Below are positions 39,921 to 50,726 of a stretch of DNA of 64,000 bases, piece after piece. The stretch lies in NCBI GenBank assembly GCA_963842525.1, contig CAWJGT010000023.1:160001-224000 (forward strand), read 5' to 3'. The notes beneath the pieces are model-generated. The model searched no databases, was not told the origin of the DNA, and saw only the letters and a list, made by a program, of their open reading frames with translations. Each line of letters begins with the position of its first letter. Within the stretch, counting starts at the first letter, position 1. The position numbers and the translations under genes were made by a program. Source of the DNA: an uncultured Holophagales bacterium (GTDB lineage Bacteria; Acidobacteriota; Thermoanaerobaculia; Multivoradales; UBA5704).

Positions 39921-41652
39921 TCACCGTCCCTTGGCCGCCCCGGCGATCAGCTCCCGGGCGTGGGAGAGGGAGAGCTGGGTGACCTTCTTGCCGGCGAGCA
40001 TGCGGGCGACCTCTTCGATGCGGGTTTCGGCGTCCAGCGCCTCGACCCGCACGCTGGTCCGCCCCTCCTCGACCTGCTTGCTGACCTTGAAGTGGAGGTC
40101 TGCATGCGAGGCCACCTGCGGCAGGTGGGTGACGGCGAGGATCTGCCCCAGCTTTCCCCGGGGCGCCCTGGCCAGGCGCTGGAGCTTCTTGCCCAGGGCC
40201 GCGGCCTCGGCGCCGCCGATCCCGGTGTCCACCTCGTCGAAGACCAGGGTTGGCCGCGCTTTCTCCTCGCGGGAGGCGAGCTGCAGGGCGAGATGGATGC
40301 GCGACAGCTCGCCGCCCGAGGCGATGCGCGCCAGCGGACGCGGCTCCTCGCCCGGATTCGGAGCGAAGAGGAAGACGACCTGGTCGACCCCGTCGCGGCC
40401 GAAGTCGACCGCCTCACCGTCCATCAACAGCGGGCTGTCGGACCGGCGCCGCCGCTCCAGGCCGACCGTGAGGCGGGCCCGGCCGAGCCCCAGGTCGCTG
40501 AGCTCTCCTTCGACCCGCTCGACGAGGGCCTTCCCCCACTCCTCTCTCTTCTTCGAAAGGACGAGGGCTGCCTGCCGGTAGTCCGCCAGGGCCGCGGCCA
40601 CCCGCACCTCCAGCTCGTCGCGGTTCTCGGCGTCTCCTTCGAGCTCGGCGAGCTCGGCCTCGATCTCCTGGCGGCGCGCGAGGACGGCCGCGCTGTCGGC
40701 GCCATGCTTGCGGAAAAGACGTTCCAGGAGGGCCAGCCGGTCCTCGATCGCGTCGAGCCGTGCCGGATCGGCTTCGAGGCCGTCGAGCCGCCGGCCGAGC
40801 GCCGCGGCCAGCTCGGCCAGCCGGATGTGCACCTCCTCGAGCTTCCGCAGCCCAGCCGGTCGCCAGCGGCTCCCAGGTCTTGACATCCGCCAGGAGGTCC
40901 TGGCTCTTCCCGATCCTCTCCAGGGCTGAGCCCTCGTCCTCGGAAAGGAGCGAGAAGCAGGTACCGAGGGCGCGGACGATCGACTCGACATTGCGCAGCA
41001 CCGCGCGCTCGGCGTGCAGCTCGGCGTCCTCCCCGGCCCGCAGCTTCGCCGCGTCGATCTCGCCTGCCTGGAACCGGAGGAGGTCCAGCCGCTCGCGGCG
41101 CGCCCGGTCGTCGCCGGTCAGCCGCTCCAGCCGCTCGGCGAGCCTGGCGTGCTCGTCGAACACCGCGGCCACGCGAGCGAGGAGCGGCTCGGCCTCGGGG
41201 CCGCCGCTGCGGTCGAGCAGCCCCTTCTGCAGCTCGGGCTCGACCAGCCCCAGCTCGTCGCGCTGGCCGTGGATGCGCAGGAGATAAGGAGCGAGATCCG
41301 TCAACAGCCGAAGGGTCGTGGGCTGATCGTTGACGAAGACCCGGTTCCGGCCGCTCCGGGCGATCTCGCGGCGGACCAGAACCTCTCCGTCCTCTACCGC
41401 GAGCCCCGCCTCGTCGAGCACCCGTTGCCACTCCGTCCCGGACGGCTCGAAGACCCCGCTCACCGACAGCGTCTCCGCGCCGCTGCGGATCATCTCGCCG
41501 CTCGCCCGCGCTCCGGCGAGGAGGGACAGCGAATCGACGACGATCGACTTGCCCGCGCCCGTCTCGCCGGAAAGGACGTTCAGCCCCGGCCCGAACTCGA
41601 CCGATGCCTCGGCCAGGACGGCCAGGTTGCGGATGTGGATCTCGCGCAGCAC
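39921..41652 (-). CDS. recN: DNA repair protein RecN, frameshift at ~40845
   Basis: MLREIHIRNLAV..GLNVLSGETGAGKS, IHGQ, NPGEEPRPLARIASGGELSR, LVFDEVDTGIGG, QILAVTHLPQVA, EEVARMLAG. Confidence 0.95.
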
Positions 41653-41797
41653 GCGGGGTGTCTACTGGGACTTCGTCCACCGGGGGACGTTAGCGCCGGA
41701 GCATATCAAAAGAGGGGCGGGTACGAGCGGGATTCCCGGTTTCGGGAACGCGAGCTTGTCATGGGGCACCGCGTTTAGTGTATCATTCGCATCTGAC

Positions 41798-42040
41798 ATG
41801 GCTCCCCATACCGTAACTCTACAGCTCCCACCACCGCTTTATGAAGAGCTGGTTCAAAAGGCCGCTGAGGCCCAACGCAGCTTGGAGGCTGAGCCTTGGA
41901 GTTGCTGGTGGCTGTCATGCCCTCGAATGAGACGCTGCCTCCTGACCTTGCCCAGGCCATCGAGGGCCTTTCGGTCCTGGACGAGGACGCACTCTGGCAG
42001 GCGGCTCGCCATCGCTTGGCGACCGATGCCTGGCGCTGAG
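41798..42040 (+). pseudogene. Small antitoxin-like (ribbon-helix-helix-type N-terminus) hypothetical gene, frameshifted/truncated
   Basis: MAPHTVTLQLPPPLYEELVQKAAEAQRSLEAE continuing in another frame as LELLVAVMPSNETLPPDLAQAIEGLSVLDEDALWQAAR. Confidence 0.5.
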
Positions 42041-42118
42041 CCTCAATCGGCCCTCTCTGGTTACAGCGCGCCGTCTGTGGACGGCTGTAGGCTGGCATCC
42101 GCCTAAAGATTGATCCCC

Positions 42119-42514
42119 TCACCCCTTCTTCGGCCCGTTCCACGTCGTCGGCACGAACTCCGGATCCTCCTGCGCCCTTCGTTCGAAGGCGAGGAAGTCG
42201 TAATAGCCGCAGCGGTTCTGGCCCGGGTAGTTGCGGCAGATCTCGGGCCTCGCCTCGTAGACCGTGCAGCGGCGGGTCTTCCGGTCGAGGAAGCGGCAGG
42301 CGGTGCCGTAGACGGGATCGGGCAGGTGGCGCAGGACGATTTCGCCTGGCTCTTCGCTCTTCTTGGTAAACTTCCGGGCTGCGACCTCCAGGCTGACCCC
42401 GAAGTGCTGGGCCAGCCTGGCGACGTCGGAGGGCTCGACCGGGATGCGCGGGTAGGAGCAGCAGTACGCGGGGCACCGGTCGCAACAGTAGAAGATCGGC
42501 AGTGAAGCACCCAT
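42119..42514 (-). CDS. YkgJ-family cysteine-cluster (CxxCxxCC) protein
   Basis: CDRCPAYCC...CRFLD...CTVYEARPEICRNYP. Confidence 0.88.
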   Translation of the reverse strand: MGASLPIFYCCDRCPAYCCSYPRIPVEPSDVARLAQHFGVSLEVAARKFTKKSEEPGEIVLRHLPDPVYGTACRFLDRKTRRCTVYEARPEICRNYPGQNRCGYYDFLAFERRAQEDPEFVPTTWNGPKKG

Positions 42515-42561
42515 TCATGGCATTGTAGCCGCAAAAGACCGACGGCAACGACGGAGATCTC

Positions 42562-44568
42562 ATGAGAGCCAAGACCCTGGCATCGATCCTCACCGCCCTC
42601 CTGCTCGCGCTCGCGAGCGGCACCGTCCGGGCCGCCGAGCCGGACACCGACGTCGTGCCTGTCCCGGACAGCATCGTCGTCAAGAACGTCCCCCCAATCC
42701 AGGGGCGGACCGACGACCTCCTGCCGTACGAGAACATCCGGACGGCGACCGTGGCGGACTGGTTCCCCAAGGAACGCCGGCTCCTCATCCGGACCCGGTT
42801 CGCCCAGTCGGTCCAGCTCCACGAGGTCGGGATGCCGATGGGCGCCCGCAAGCAGCTCACCTTCTACAACGATCCGGTCCTCGGCGGCTCGGTCCGCCCC
42901 AGCGATCCGAGCCAGGTCGTTTTCACCTTGAACGAAGGGGGCGCGGAGAACTTCCAGATCTTCCTGCTCGACCGCTCCACCGGCCAGGCACGCCGGTTCA
43001 CCGACGGCAAGAGCCGCCACCAGGGCGGGCGCTGGTCGCGCGACGGCAAGCTCATCGCCTATGTGAACAACGCGCGCAACGGCCGCGACCTCGACCTCTA
43101 TGTGGCCGATCCGGCGGTGCCGGGCAGCGAGCGGCGGGTGATCGAGCTGCAGGGCTCCTGGGGCACGCTCGACTGGAGCCACGACAACCAGCGCATCCTG
43201 CTCTCCGAGGACATCTCCGCCAACGAGGGGTACCTCCATTGGGTCGACATCGCGACCGGCAAGCTGCACACGATCACGCCGCGCGGCGAGAAGAGGGAGC
43301 CCACGGTCTCCTACCAGGGCGGCCTGTGGTCCAAGGACGACCGCGCGGTCTACACCACCACGGACCGTGATTCCGAGTTCCTCCGCCTCACCCGCCTCGG
43401 TGTGGACGGCAAGGCCACCGTCCTCTCCGGCGACATTCCCTGGGACGTGGACGGCTTCGACCTCTCGGACGACGGCAACCTCCTGGCCTTCTTCACGAAC
43501 GAGGACGGCTTCAGCAAGCTGCACTTCGTCAACCCCGAGACCGGCGCCTCTCTGCCGACGCCGGAGCTGCCGCCCGGCGTGGCCGGAGCCCCGCGCTTCC
43601 GCCCCGGCGCGCACGAGGTGGCCTTCGCCATCAGTTGGGCCCGCTCGCCCTCGGACGTGTACACCTACGATCCCGAGAGCCGGCGGCTCGAGCGCTGGAC
43701 GGCGAGCGAGGCCGGCGGCCTGAACACGGAGGTATTCGCCGTGCCGCAGCTCGTCCGCTATTCGACGTTCGACGAGGCCCGCCCTGGCGAGAAAAGAACG
43801 ATCCCGGCTTTCGTCTACCGGCCGCCGGCGGACCGCTTCCCGGGCCGCCGCCCGGTCTACATCAGCTTCCACGGCGGACCCGAGGGGCAGGCGCAGCCGG
43901 ACTTCCTCGGCAGCGCCAACTACTTCATCAACGAGCTGGGAGTCGTCCTCATCTACCCGAACGTCCGCGGCTCGACCGGCTATGGCAAGACCTACCTCAG
44001 CCTGGACAACGCCGAGAAGCGGGAGGACTCGGTCAAGGACGCCGGCGCGCTGCTCGACTGGATCGCCACCCAGCCCGACCTCGACGCGCAGCGGGTGATG
44101 GTCTCCGGCGGCTCGTACGGCGGCTACATGGTGCTCGCCTCGCTGGTGCACTACGGCGACCGCCTGTGCTGCGCCTATGACACCGTCGGCATCAGCAACT
44201 TCATCACCTTCCTCCAGAATACGAGCGACTACCGGCGGGACCTGCGGCGGGCCGAGTACGGCGACGAGCGCGACCCGAAGATGCGGGCGGTCTTCGAGCA
44301 GATCTCCCCGGCCCGCAAGGCCGACCGCATCCGCCGGCCGCTGCTGGTGGCCCAGGGCGCCAACGACCCGCGGGTGCCGCTGTCGGAGTCCGACCAGATC
44401 GTCGCCGCGGTCGAGAAGAACGGCGTACCGGTCTGGTACGTCATCGCCAAGAACGAGGGGCACGGGTTCCAGAAGAAGACGAATACGGACTACATGCGCC
44501 TGGTCCAGATCCAGTTCATGCGGCAGTACCTGCTGGGGGACGAGGCGGCGGCGAAGACCAGCCGCTGA
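42562..44568 (+). CDS. Secreted S9-family (prolyl oligopeptidase / acylaminoacyl peptidase-like) serine peptidase
   Basis: Signal peptide, beta-propeller region, HGGPEGQ, PNVRGSTGYG, catalytic GGSYGG, NDPRV, EGHGF. Confidence 0.93.
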   Translation: MRAKTLASILTALLLALASGTVRAAEPDTDVVPVPDSIVVKNVPPIQGRTDDLLPYENIRTATVADWFPKERRLLIRTRFAQSVQLHEVGMPMGARKQLTFYNDPVLGGSVRPSDPSQVVFTLNEGGAENFQIFLLDRSTGQARRFTDGKSRHQGGRWSRDGKLIAYVNNARNGRDLDLYVADPAVPGSERRVIELQGSWGTLDWSHDNQRILLSEDISANEGYLHWVDIATGKLHTITPRGEKREPTVSYQGGLWSKDDRAVYTTTDRDSEFLRLTRLGVDGKATVLSGDIPWDVDGFDLSDDGNLLAFFTNEDGFSKLHFVNPETGASLPTPELPPGVAGAPRFRPGAHEVAFAISWARSPSDVYTYDPESRRLERWTASEAGGLNTEVFAVPQLVRYSTFDEARPGEKRTIPAFVYRPPADRFPGRRPVYISFHGGPEGQAQPDFLGSANYFINELGVVLIYPNVRGSTGYGKTYLSLDNAEKREDSVKDAGALLDWIATQPDLDAQRVMVSGGSYGGYMVLASLVHYGDRLCCAYDTVGISNFITFLQNTSDYRRDLRRAEYGDERDPKMRAVFEQISPARKADRIRRPLLVAQGANDPRVPLSESDQIVAAVEKNGVPVWYVIAKNEGHGFQKKTNTDYMRLVQIQFMRQYLLGDEAAAKTSR

Positions 44569-44571
44569 GGT

Positions 44572-45570
44572 CTACGGCGTAAAGATCGCCACGCGGTTGC
44601 GGCCGCTGCGCTTGGCCTTGAGAAGGGCGCTGTCGGCGGCGTGGTAGAGGTCCTGGGGGTTGGCCATGCCCTCGGCGAGCTCGGCGACGCCGAAGGAGCA
44701 GGTCATCGAGATCTTGAGATCACCGTAGCGGTGGTCCAGGCCCACGATCCGGTCGCGCAGCTTCGAGGCCAGGGTCTCTGCCCCCTCGGCGCTGGTCTCG
44801 GGCGCCAGGATCACGAACTCATCGCCCCCGACCCGGGCCAGCATCTGCTCGGGCCGCACCAGGTCGCGCGCCAGCGAGGCCACCTGCTTCAAGACGAAGT
44901 CGCCGCAGAGGTGGCCGTACGTGTCGTTGATCTGCTTGAACTCGTCGAGGTCGAAGATGACCAGCGACAACGGCCGGTTGTGGCGCAGGGCGCGGGCGAG
45001 CTCGCGTTGCACCTCTTCCTCGTACTTGCGCTTGTTGTAGACCTCGGTCAGGCCGTCGCGCGACACCAGCTCGTAGATCGCCAGGTGATAGGCGCTCTCG
45101 ACGTCCTGCTCGTGCAGGAACTTGAAATGCACGGCCGCGGTCTGGAACCGGTCGCCGCTGCGCAGCACGGTCCGGCCATGGATCGGATGGCCGTTGATAT
45201 AGGTGCCGTTGGTGCTCCCCAGGTCCTCGATCGTCACCGTGGAGCCGACGTAGCGCAGCCGCGCATGCTTGCGGGACAACGACATCACCTCGGGCAGGCT
45301 GATCCGGAGCGAGGCCGACCGCCCGATCTCCAGCGTGGTCGCCGGGGACAGGCGGTATCTCGTCCCGAGCCGCTGGCTCTCCGGATGGGCGATCAGGATG
45401 ATGTCGGCCTCCGACTCGAGGAGGGACGGATTCTCTTCGTCCGGAGCCCGGCTGACATTCTGGAAGGTATGGGTGAGCCCGCTCTCCTGCGAGATCGACA
45501 GCTCGTCCGTGTCCGAGCCCCCTCCCCAGGAGGGGCGGTCGCGGGAATCGGACATCTGCGGGTCGCTCAT
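44572..45570 (-). CDS. FHA-domain diguanylate cyclase
   Basis: FHA IGRS..LSRKHA..DLGSTNGTYING; cyclase domain RDGLT..FDLDEFKQINDTYGHLCGD..ARVGGDEF..AKRSGRNR. Confidence 0.92.
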   Translation of the reverse strand: MSDPQMSDSRDRPSWGGGSDTDELSISQESGLTHTFQNVSRAPDEENPSLLESEADIILIAHPESQRLGTRYRLSPATTLEIGRSASLRISLPEVMSLSRKHARLRYVGSTVTIEDLGSTNGTYINGHPIHGRTVLRSGDRFQTAAVHFKFLHEQDVESAYHLAIYELVSRDGLTEVYNKRKYEEEVQRELARALRHNRPLSLVIFDLDEFKQINDTYGHLCGDFVLKQVASLARDLVRPEQMLARVGGDEFVILAPETSAEGAETLASKLRDRIVGLDHRYGDLKISMTCSFGVAELAEGMANPQDLYHAADSALLKAKRSGRNRVAIFTP

Positions 45571-45752
45571 TGGCCTGCGCTCCGGGCTCATGGGTGAAGA
45601 TAAGGCAGGAGTGATCCTACCATATCGGCGCGCCTTCTCCGGAAGGCCGGAGGGTGGGCTCACCCTGAGCGCCCCTGTCCTGGACACGCGGCGCGATTTG
45701 CGTAACAATATTGGCAATCATGCATCAGTGCGGACCTGTCCTGGCGAAAAGA

Positions 45753-47687
45753 ATGGCGATCCACTGGATCCGCGTCCTGCTCGCCGTTCTCTGCGTCCTC
45801 CCCGCTGCCGCGGCCCGCGCGCAGACCAACGCTCCGGCCCATCCCGGGTTTCCGGCCCCGCCCAATGGCAACAACCTAGGCCTCGTCACCAACAGCAAGG
45901 CCCTGGTCGTCGACCTGGACAACAACGGCAGCGCGCAGGAGATCGTGGTGGGCACCAACACCGGCCGGTTGCTCGTGCTCAACCACGACGGGACGGTCCG
46001 CACCGGCTGGACGGGCGGCAAGACCCTGCGCTCCGAGGTCGCCTCCAGCCCGGCGGCCGGCAACCTGGACGCGGACAGCCAGCTCGAGATCGTCGTGGGC
46101 TCGGGCTCGGCGGTCCCGGGCAATGAAGACGGCGAGGTCGTGGCGTTCAACGCCGACGGCTCGGTCCTCTGGCGTTTCTCACCTCTCGACCACTATCCGC
46201 TGGACGGCCTTCCCGACGCCGTGTTCGGCACCCCGGCGCTGGGGGACCTCGACGGCGACGGCAAGGACGACGTCGCCTTCGGCGCCTTCGACTTCCGGGT
46301 CTGGGCGTTGAAGGGGACGAACGGCGCGGTGCTGCCCGGCTGGCCGGTGTTCGTGCGCGACAGCATCTGGAGCTTCCCCGCTCTCGCCGACCTCGACGGG
46401 AACGGCAGCCTCGAGATCATCATCGGCTCGGACGTCCACCTGGAGGGCCCCCCCATCAACACGCCGCAGGGGGGCGCCCTGTGGGTCTTCCGCAGCAACG
46501 GCTCGAATCATCCGGGCTTCCCCCGCTTCCTGACCTATGCCGAGCAGGGGGTCGAGGTCGGCATCCAGGCCTCTCCGGTGGTGGGGGACGTCACGGGGGA
46601 CGGCTGCCCCGACATCGTCGTGGGCACCGGAATGCCCTGGCCCACAGGCACCACGGTCGGCCGCTTCCTGCACGTCTATCAGCGCGACGGCACGATCCCG
46701 CCGGGGTGGCCGAAGGCCCTCGCCGGACAGGTGGTCGGCTCCCCCGCGCTGGGCAACCTGGACGCCGACGCCGCGCTGGAAATCGTCGCGCCGGTGATCA
46801 AGTTCGTGAACGCCGGCGGCTTCGTGGCGCCGAACGAGGGCTACGTCTACGGCTTCAACGGCGACGGAACGCAGATCTTCCAGCTCCGGCCGAAGACCTA
46901 CACGGGAGCCAACGCCGACACGATCGGCGAGCCCATCATCGCCCAGGTCGGGGCCGACAACCCGGCCATCCTGGTCAGCTCGGTCGGCTTCGACGTCGCC
47001 CTGATCTCCAAGACGGGGACGCAGCTCTCCGAGGAAGGCCCGCCCTACGACAAGCTCATCTACACCACGCAGCGGCCGGTCGCCGGGCCGGCGGTCGCCA
47101 ACCTGGACGCCAACGGCACCCTCACGCTGGTCGCCGCGTCCGGGAAGAACGTGGCCGATGCGGACGATCTCGGGGTCTTCGCCTGGGACCTGGGCGCGGT
47201 CGGCGCCCTGCCCTGGCCCCAGTTCCGCCAGGGCCCGAAGCGCACGGGCACGGCGCCCGGGACCACGGGCTGCGCGCTCCCCTCCGAGTCGCTCAACTAC
47301 TTCACCTTGACGCCCTGCCGGGTCTCCGACTCGCGCCAGGCGGGCAACCTCACCTACGGCGGCCCCAAGCTGGTCGCCGGCGAGCAGCGGGAGATCACCT
47401 TCCACAGCAACCCACACACGAGCTGCGGCGTGCCGGGCACGGCCAAGGCGGTGGTCATCAACGTCTCGGTCACCGCGCCCACCCACGCCGGCTCGCTGCG
47501 CCTCTTCCCCGGCGGCGACGGCGTGCCGTCCAGCTCTACCGTCTCCTTTGGACCCAACCAGACGCGCGCCACCAGCGCGGTCATGCCCCTGTCCTTCGAC
47601 GACCGGGGCAACCTGGCCGTCTATGTGGACATGCCGGCCGGCGGGCAGGTGCACGTCATCCTCGACGTCTTCGGCTATTTCCAGTAG
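45753..47687 (+). CDS. Secreted FG-GAP/VCBS repeat protein with C-terminal PCRxxDSR..GYFQ domain
   Basis: Signal peptide; repeated PALGDLDGDGKDD / PALADLDGNGSLEII motifs; C-terminal YFTLTPCRVSDSR..CGVPGTAKAVVINVSV..DVFGYFQ. Confidence 0.85.
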   Translation: MAIHWIRVLLAVLCVLPAAAARAQTNAPAHPGFPAPPNGNNLGLVTNSKALVVDLDNNGSAQEIVVGTNTGRLLVLNHDGTVRTGWTGGKTLRSEVASSPAAGNLDADSQLEIVVGSGSAVPGNEDGEVVAFNADGSVLWRFSPLDHYPLDGLPDAVFGTPALGDLDGDGKDDVAFGAFDFRVWALKGTNGAVLPGWPVFVRDSIWSFPALADLDGNGSLEIIIGSDVHLEGPPINTPQGGALWVFRSNGSNHPGFPRFLTYAEQGVEVGIQASPVVGDVTGDGCPDIVVGTGMPWPTGTTVGRFLHVYQRDGTIPPGWPKALAGQVVGSPALGNLDADAALEIVAPVIKFVNAGGFVAPNEGYVYGFNGDGTQIFQLRPKTYTGANADTIGEPIIAQVGADNPAILVSSVGFDVALISKTGTQLSEEGPPYDKLIYTTQRPVAGPAVANLDANGTLTLVAASGKNVADADDLGVFAWDLGAVGALPWPQFRQGPKRTGTAPGTTGCALPSESLNYFTLTPCRVSDSRQAGNLTYGGPKLVAGEQREITFHSNPHTSCGVPGTAKAVVINVSVTAPTHAGSLRLFPGGDGVPSSSTVSFGPNQTRATSAVMPLSFDDRGNLAVYVDMPAGGQVHVILDVFGYFQ

Positions 47688-47767
47688 GTAGAAAAACAGC
47701 GACTTCATGTGATCAACTTGTCCTTGGGGTCGGCTTGCCGATCCGAGGACACGGGGGTCTTGTGGTC

Positions 47768-48451
47768 ATGCCGACGGCCGAACGCGAGCTGGACGTCTGG
47801 GACCGGCACTGGCGCGGGTTCCGCGGCGAGCGCTCGCTCTTCGGAACGGTGGCGTCGCTCGTGCGCCGGCTCGTGCTCTGCCGGGCGGTTCGCCACTACA
47901 CGGGGCGCTACTTCGCGCCGCAGGGCTGGTTCGCCGATGCGGGGTGCGGCACGGGCCAGGCCTCGGCGCAGATCGAGCCCGCCGCGCGGCGCCTCCTGGG
48001 GCTCGATTTCTCCTTCGAGGCTTTGCTCGAGGCCCGCCGGACCTCTTCCTACCGTGCGCTGGTGCAATGCGACATCCGTCATCTGCCCTTCCGCGACGGC
48101 TCCCTGGCAGGGGTGTGGAACCTGGGGGTCATGGAGCACTTCCATCCGCCGGAGGGCCAGGAGATCCTGCGGGAGCTTGCCCGCACCCTGCGCCCGGGCG
48201 GCACCGCCCTCCTCTTCTGGCCGCCCGAGATGGGCTCGTCGCGCCTGGTCGTCGCCCCCCTCGAGTGGGTCCGCACCCACGTGAGCGGCAGGAAGTTCGA
48301 GCTCTTCCCGGCGGAGGTCAACCGGCTCCGCTCCTTTCGCCACGCCCGGGCCATGCTGCGCGGCGGCGCCCTCGAGCCGGCAGCCGTCCACTTCTCCTTC
48401 CACGATCTCTTCATTCACTTCGTGGTGGTGGGTCGAAAGCTGCCGACGTGA
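47768..48451 (+). CDS. Class I SAM-dependent methyltransferase
   Basis: ADAGCGTG, LGLDFS, CDIRHLPF, GVMEHF, RTLRPGG. Confidence 0.88.
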   Translation: MPTAERELDVWDRHWRGFRGERSLFGTVASLVRRLVLCRAVRHYTGRYFAPQGWFADAGCGTGQASAQIEPAARRLLGLDFSFEALLEARRTSSYRALVQCDIRHLPFRDGSLAGVWNLGVMEHFHPPEGQEILRELARTLRPGGTALLFWPPEMGSSRLVVAPLEWVRTHVSGRKFELFPAEVNRLRSFRHARAMLRGGALEPAAVHFSFHDLFIHFVVVGRKLPT

Positions 48452-50720
48452 CCCGGATCGTCGCGGTCATCGCCGCCTACGACGAGGAGGAGACGATCGA
48501 GGCCCTGGCCCGGCGTCTCCACGTCACCTTCCAGGGTATGGAGGGCGTCGAGGGGGAGATGCTGTTCGTGGTGGAGGGCCGGGACCGGACGCGGGAGATC
48601 CTGGAGCGGCTCTCCGGCGAGATCCCCGGCATTCGCATCCTCTACAGCCCTGAGCCGGCCGGTCTGGGCGCCGCGTTCCGCCGCGGGTTCGCCGCGGTGC
48701 CCGCCGGCGCCGACCTCGTCGTCACCATGGACGCGGACCTCAACCACCAGCCGGAGGAGATCCCCCGCCTCCTCGCCCGCATGCGGGAGTCGGGCTGCGA
48801 CATCCTCGTAGGGTCGCGGCACCTGGACGCCAGCCGGGTCGAGGGGACTCCGATCTGGAAGAGGCTCCTGTCCGGGTCGGTCAACGTGCTGATGCGCTTC
48901 CTCTATGGCGTCAGCGTCCGGGACCAGACCTCCGGCTTCCGCCTCTACAAGGCCGCGGTGGTGCGCCGGGTCGAGATCCGGCGCACCGGCTTCGCCTTCC
49001 TGCCTGAGATCCTGATCCGCGCCTGCCGGATGGGCCTGCGGGTGGACGAAGAGCCGATCCATTTCATCTTCCGCCGCCAGGGCCGCTCCAAGATGGCCTT
49101 CTGGCGGACCAGCCTGAGCTACCTGGCCCTGCTGGGCGCCCGCATCGATGCCCGGACCGCAGCGGTCCTCTGCCTGCTCCTCGCCGGGCTCGCCCTGCGG
49201 CTCGCGCTCACGTTCCCGGCCCACAAGTACGTGGGAGATGCGGACTCGCTGCTGACCGGGATGCGGGCTTTTCATGTGCTGCGCGGCGAGACCCCGGTGT
49301 TCTTCTCCGGGGTGCGCATCGGCTCGATCGAGCCCCATGCCGCAGCGGCGGTCTTCCTGGTCGCGGGCGCCTCGCGCACCACGCTGGCGGCGGTCCCGCT
49401 CCTCTTCGGATTCGGCCTGCTGGCAGCTCTCTTCGGCCTCTACCGGGAGCTCTTCCCGCGCGACGTGGCCCTCTGGGCGCTGGTCTTCGCCGCCTTCCCC
49501 GCCCCTGCCTTCCTGGCCTGGACCTACATGCCGAACGGCTACGCCGCCACCCTGTTCCTGTGCGGGGTCCTCCTCTGGCTGGCCGCCCTGCTGGTGCGGC
49601 GCGGCCCGAGCCGCGCGCTGGTCGTCCTGTTCGGGGTCGCGGCCGGACTGGGCTGGTGGCAATCTTTCCAGACGCTGGGGGTGCTCGGCGCGGCCGGGGT
49701 CTGGCTGCTGTGGAGCCGTCGCGAGCTGTGGCGCCGCCCCCGCCTTTGGGCTCTCGGCCTGGCCGGCTTCGCCCTGGGCGCGTTCCCCTGGATTGCCTAC
49801 AACGTCGTCTGGCCCCTCCGGACCTTCCGCGGCAACTACGCGGCCCGGCCGGCCCAGGGGAGCGAGGCCATCCTCGACAACGCCCACTACTTCCTCACCT
49901 ACAGCCTCCCGGAGATCGTCACCCCCGTCCGAGAGAACTGGGCAGAGCCTTGAAGGATCCGGCCATCGTGCTGCACGACGGCCTGCGTGTCCCCATCCGG
50001 CTCCTCTTCGCCGCCGCGGCCCTGCTGTTCCTTGCTGCGCCCGCGCTGCCCGGACAGCCGGGCCGGGCGGTGCGGCAAAGGGTCGGCTCCTCGCCATGGC
50101 TCCTGTTCGTCCTGGCCATCCTCGCCTACGCGGTGCTCAACATCTTCTCGGAGGCCGGACAGACTAGAGTGACCTCGGTGCGCTACGTGCTGCCGCTTTA
50201 TCTCGTGGTTCCGGGAATGCTCGGGGCGCTCCTGTCGCTCGCCGCCGCGCGGAGCCGGGTGCTGGCCGGTCTGCTCGCCCTCGCGGTCATCCTCTTCAAC
50301 GTCACGGCCTACCACTGGCCCGGGCGGGCTTCGCGCGATGCCTGGCGCGACGGGGCCGAGAGCGACGATCGGCTGGTCGAGCTGCTCCGGCGCCGGGGCG
50401 TCACCGCGGCTGTGGGGGGCTATTGGACGGCCTATCCCATCAACTTCCTGAGCAACGAGCAGATCCTGGCCCTGCCCTGCAACTCGGACCAGTACGCTTA
50501 CCGGGACCGGCGGCCCCCTGATCGCCTCTACCGCTGGGCCCTGGTCTCGGCCTGGCCCGACGAGCTCGAGAGGTGGGCGGCAAGGGCCGGTGTGGCCGGC
50601 TCGCTCGAGCTCGCCGCGCCGCAGCGCGCCGTTCTCGTCCTCGCGGACAAACCCTCCAATCCCATGGCCCAGGAGCGGCTCCTGGGCAACCTCATCGCGA
50701 CCTGCAAGACCCAGGACTGA
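48448..50720 (+). CDS. GT2 (polyprenol-phosphate glycosyltransferase-like) fused to a GT-C-type multi-TM glycosyltransferase; frameshift at ~49945
   Basis: VIAAYDEE, TMDADLNHQP, GSR, DQTSGFR, then many TM helices after GDADS; continues in ORF 49560-50720 with RYVLPLY and GYWTAYPINF. Confidence 0.8.
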
Positions 50721-50726
50721 GCTTTT

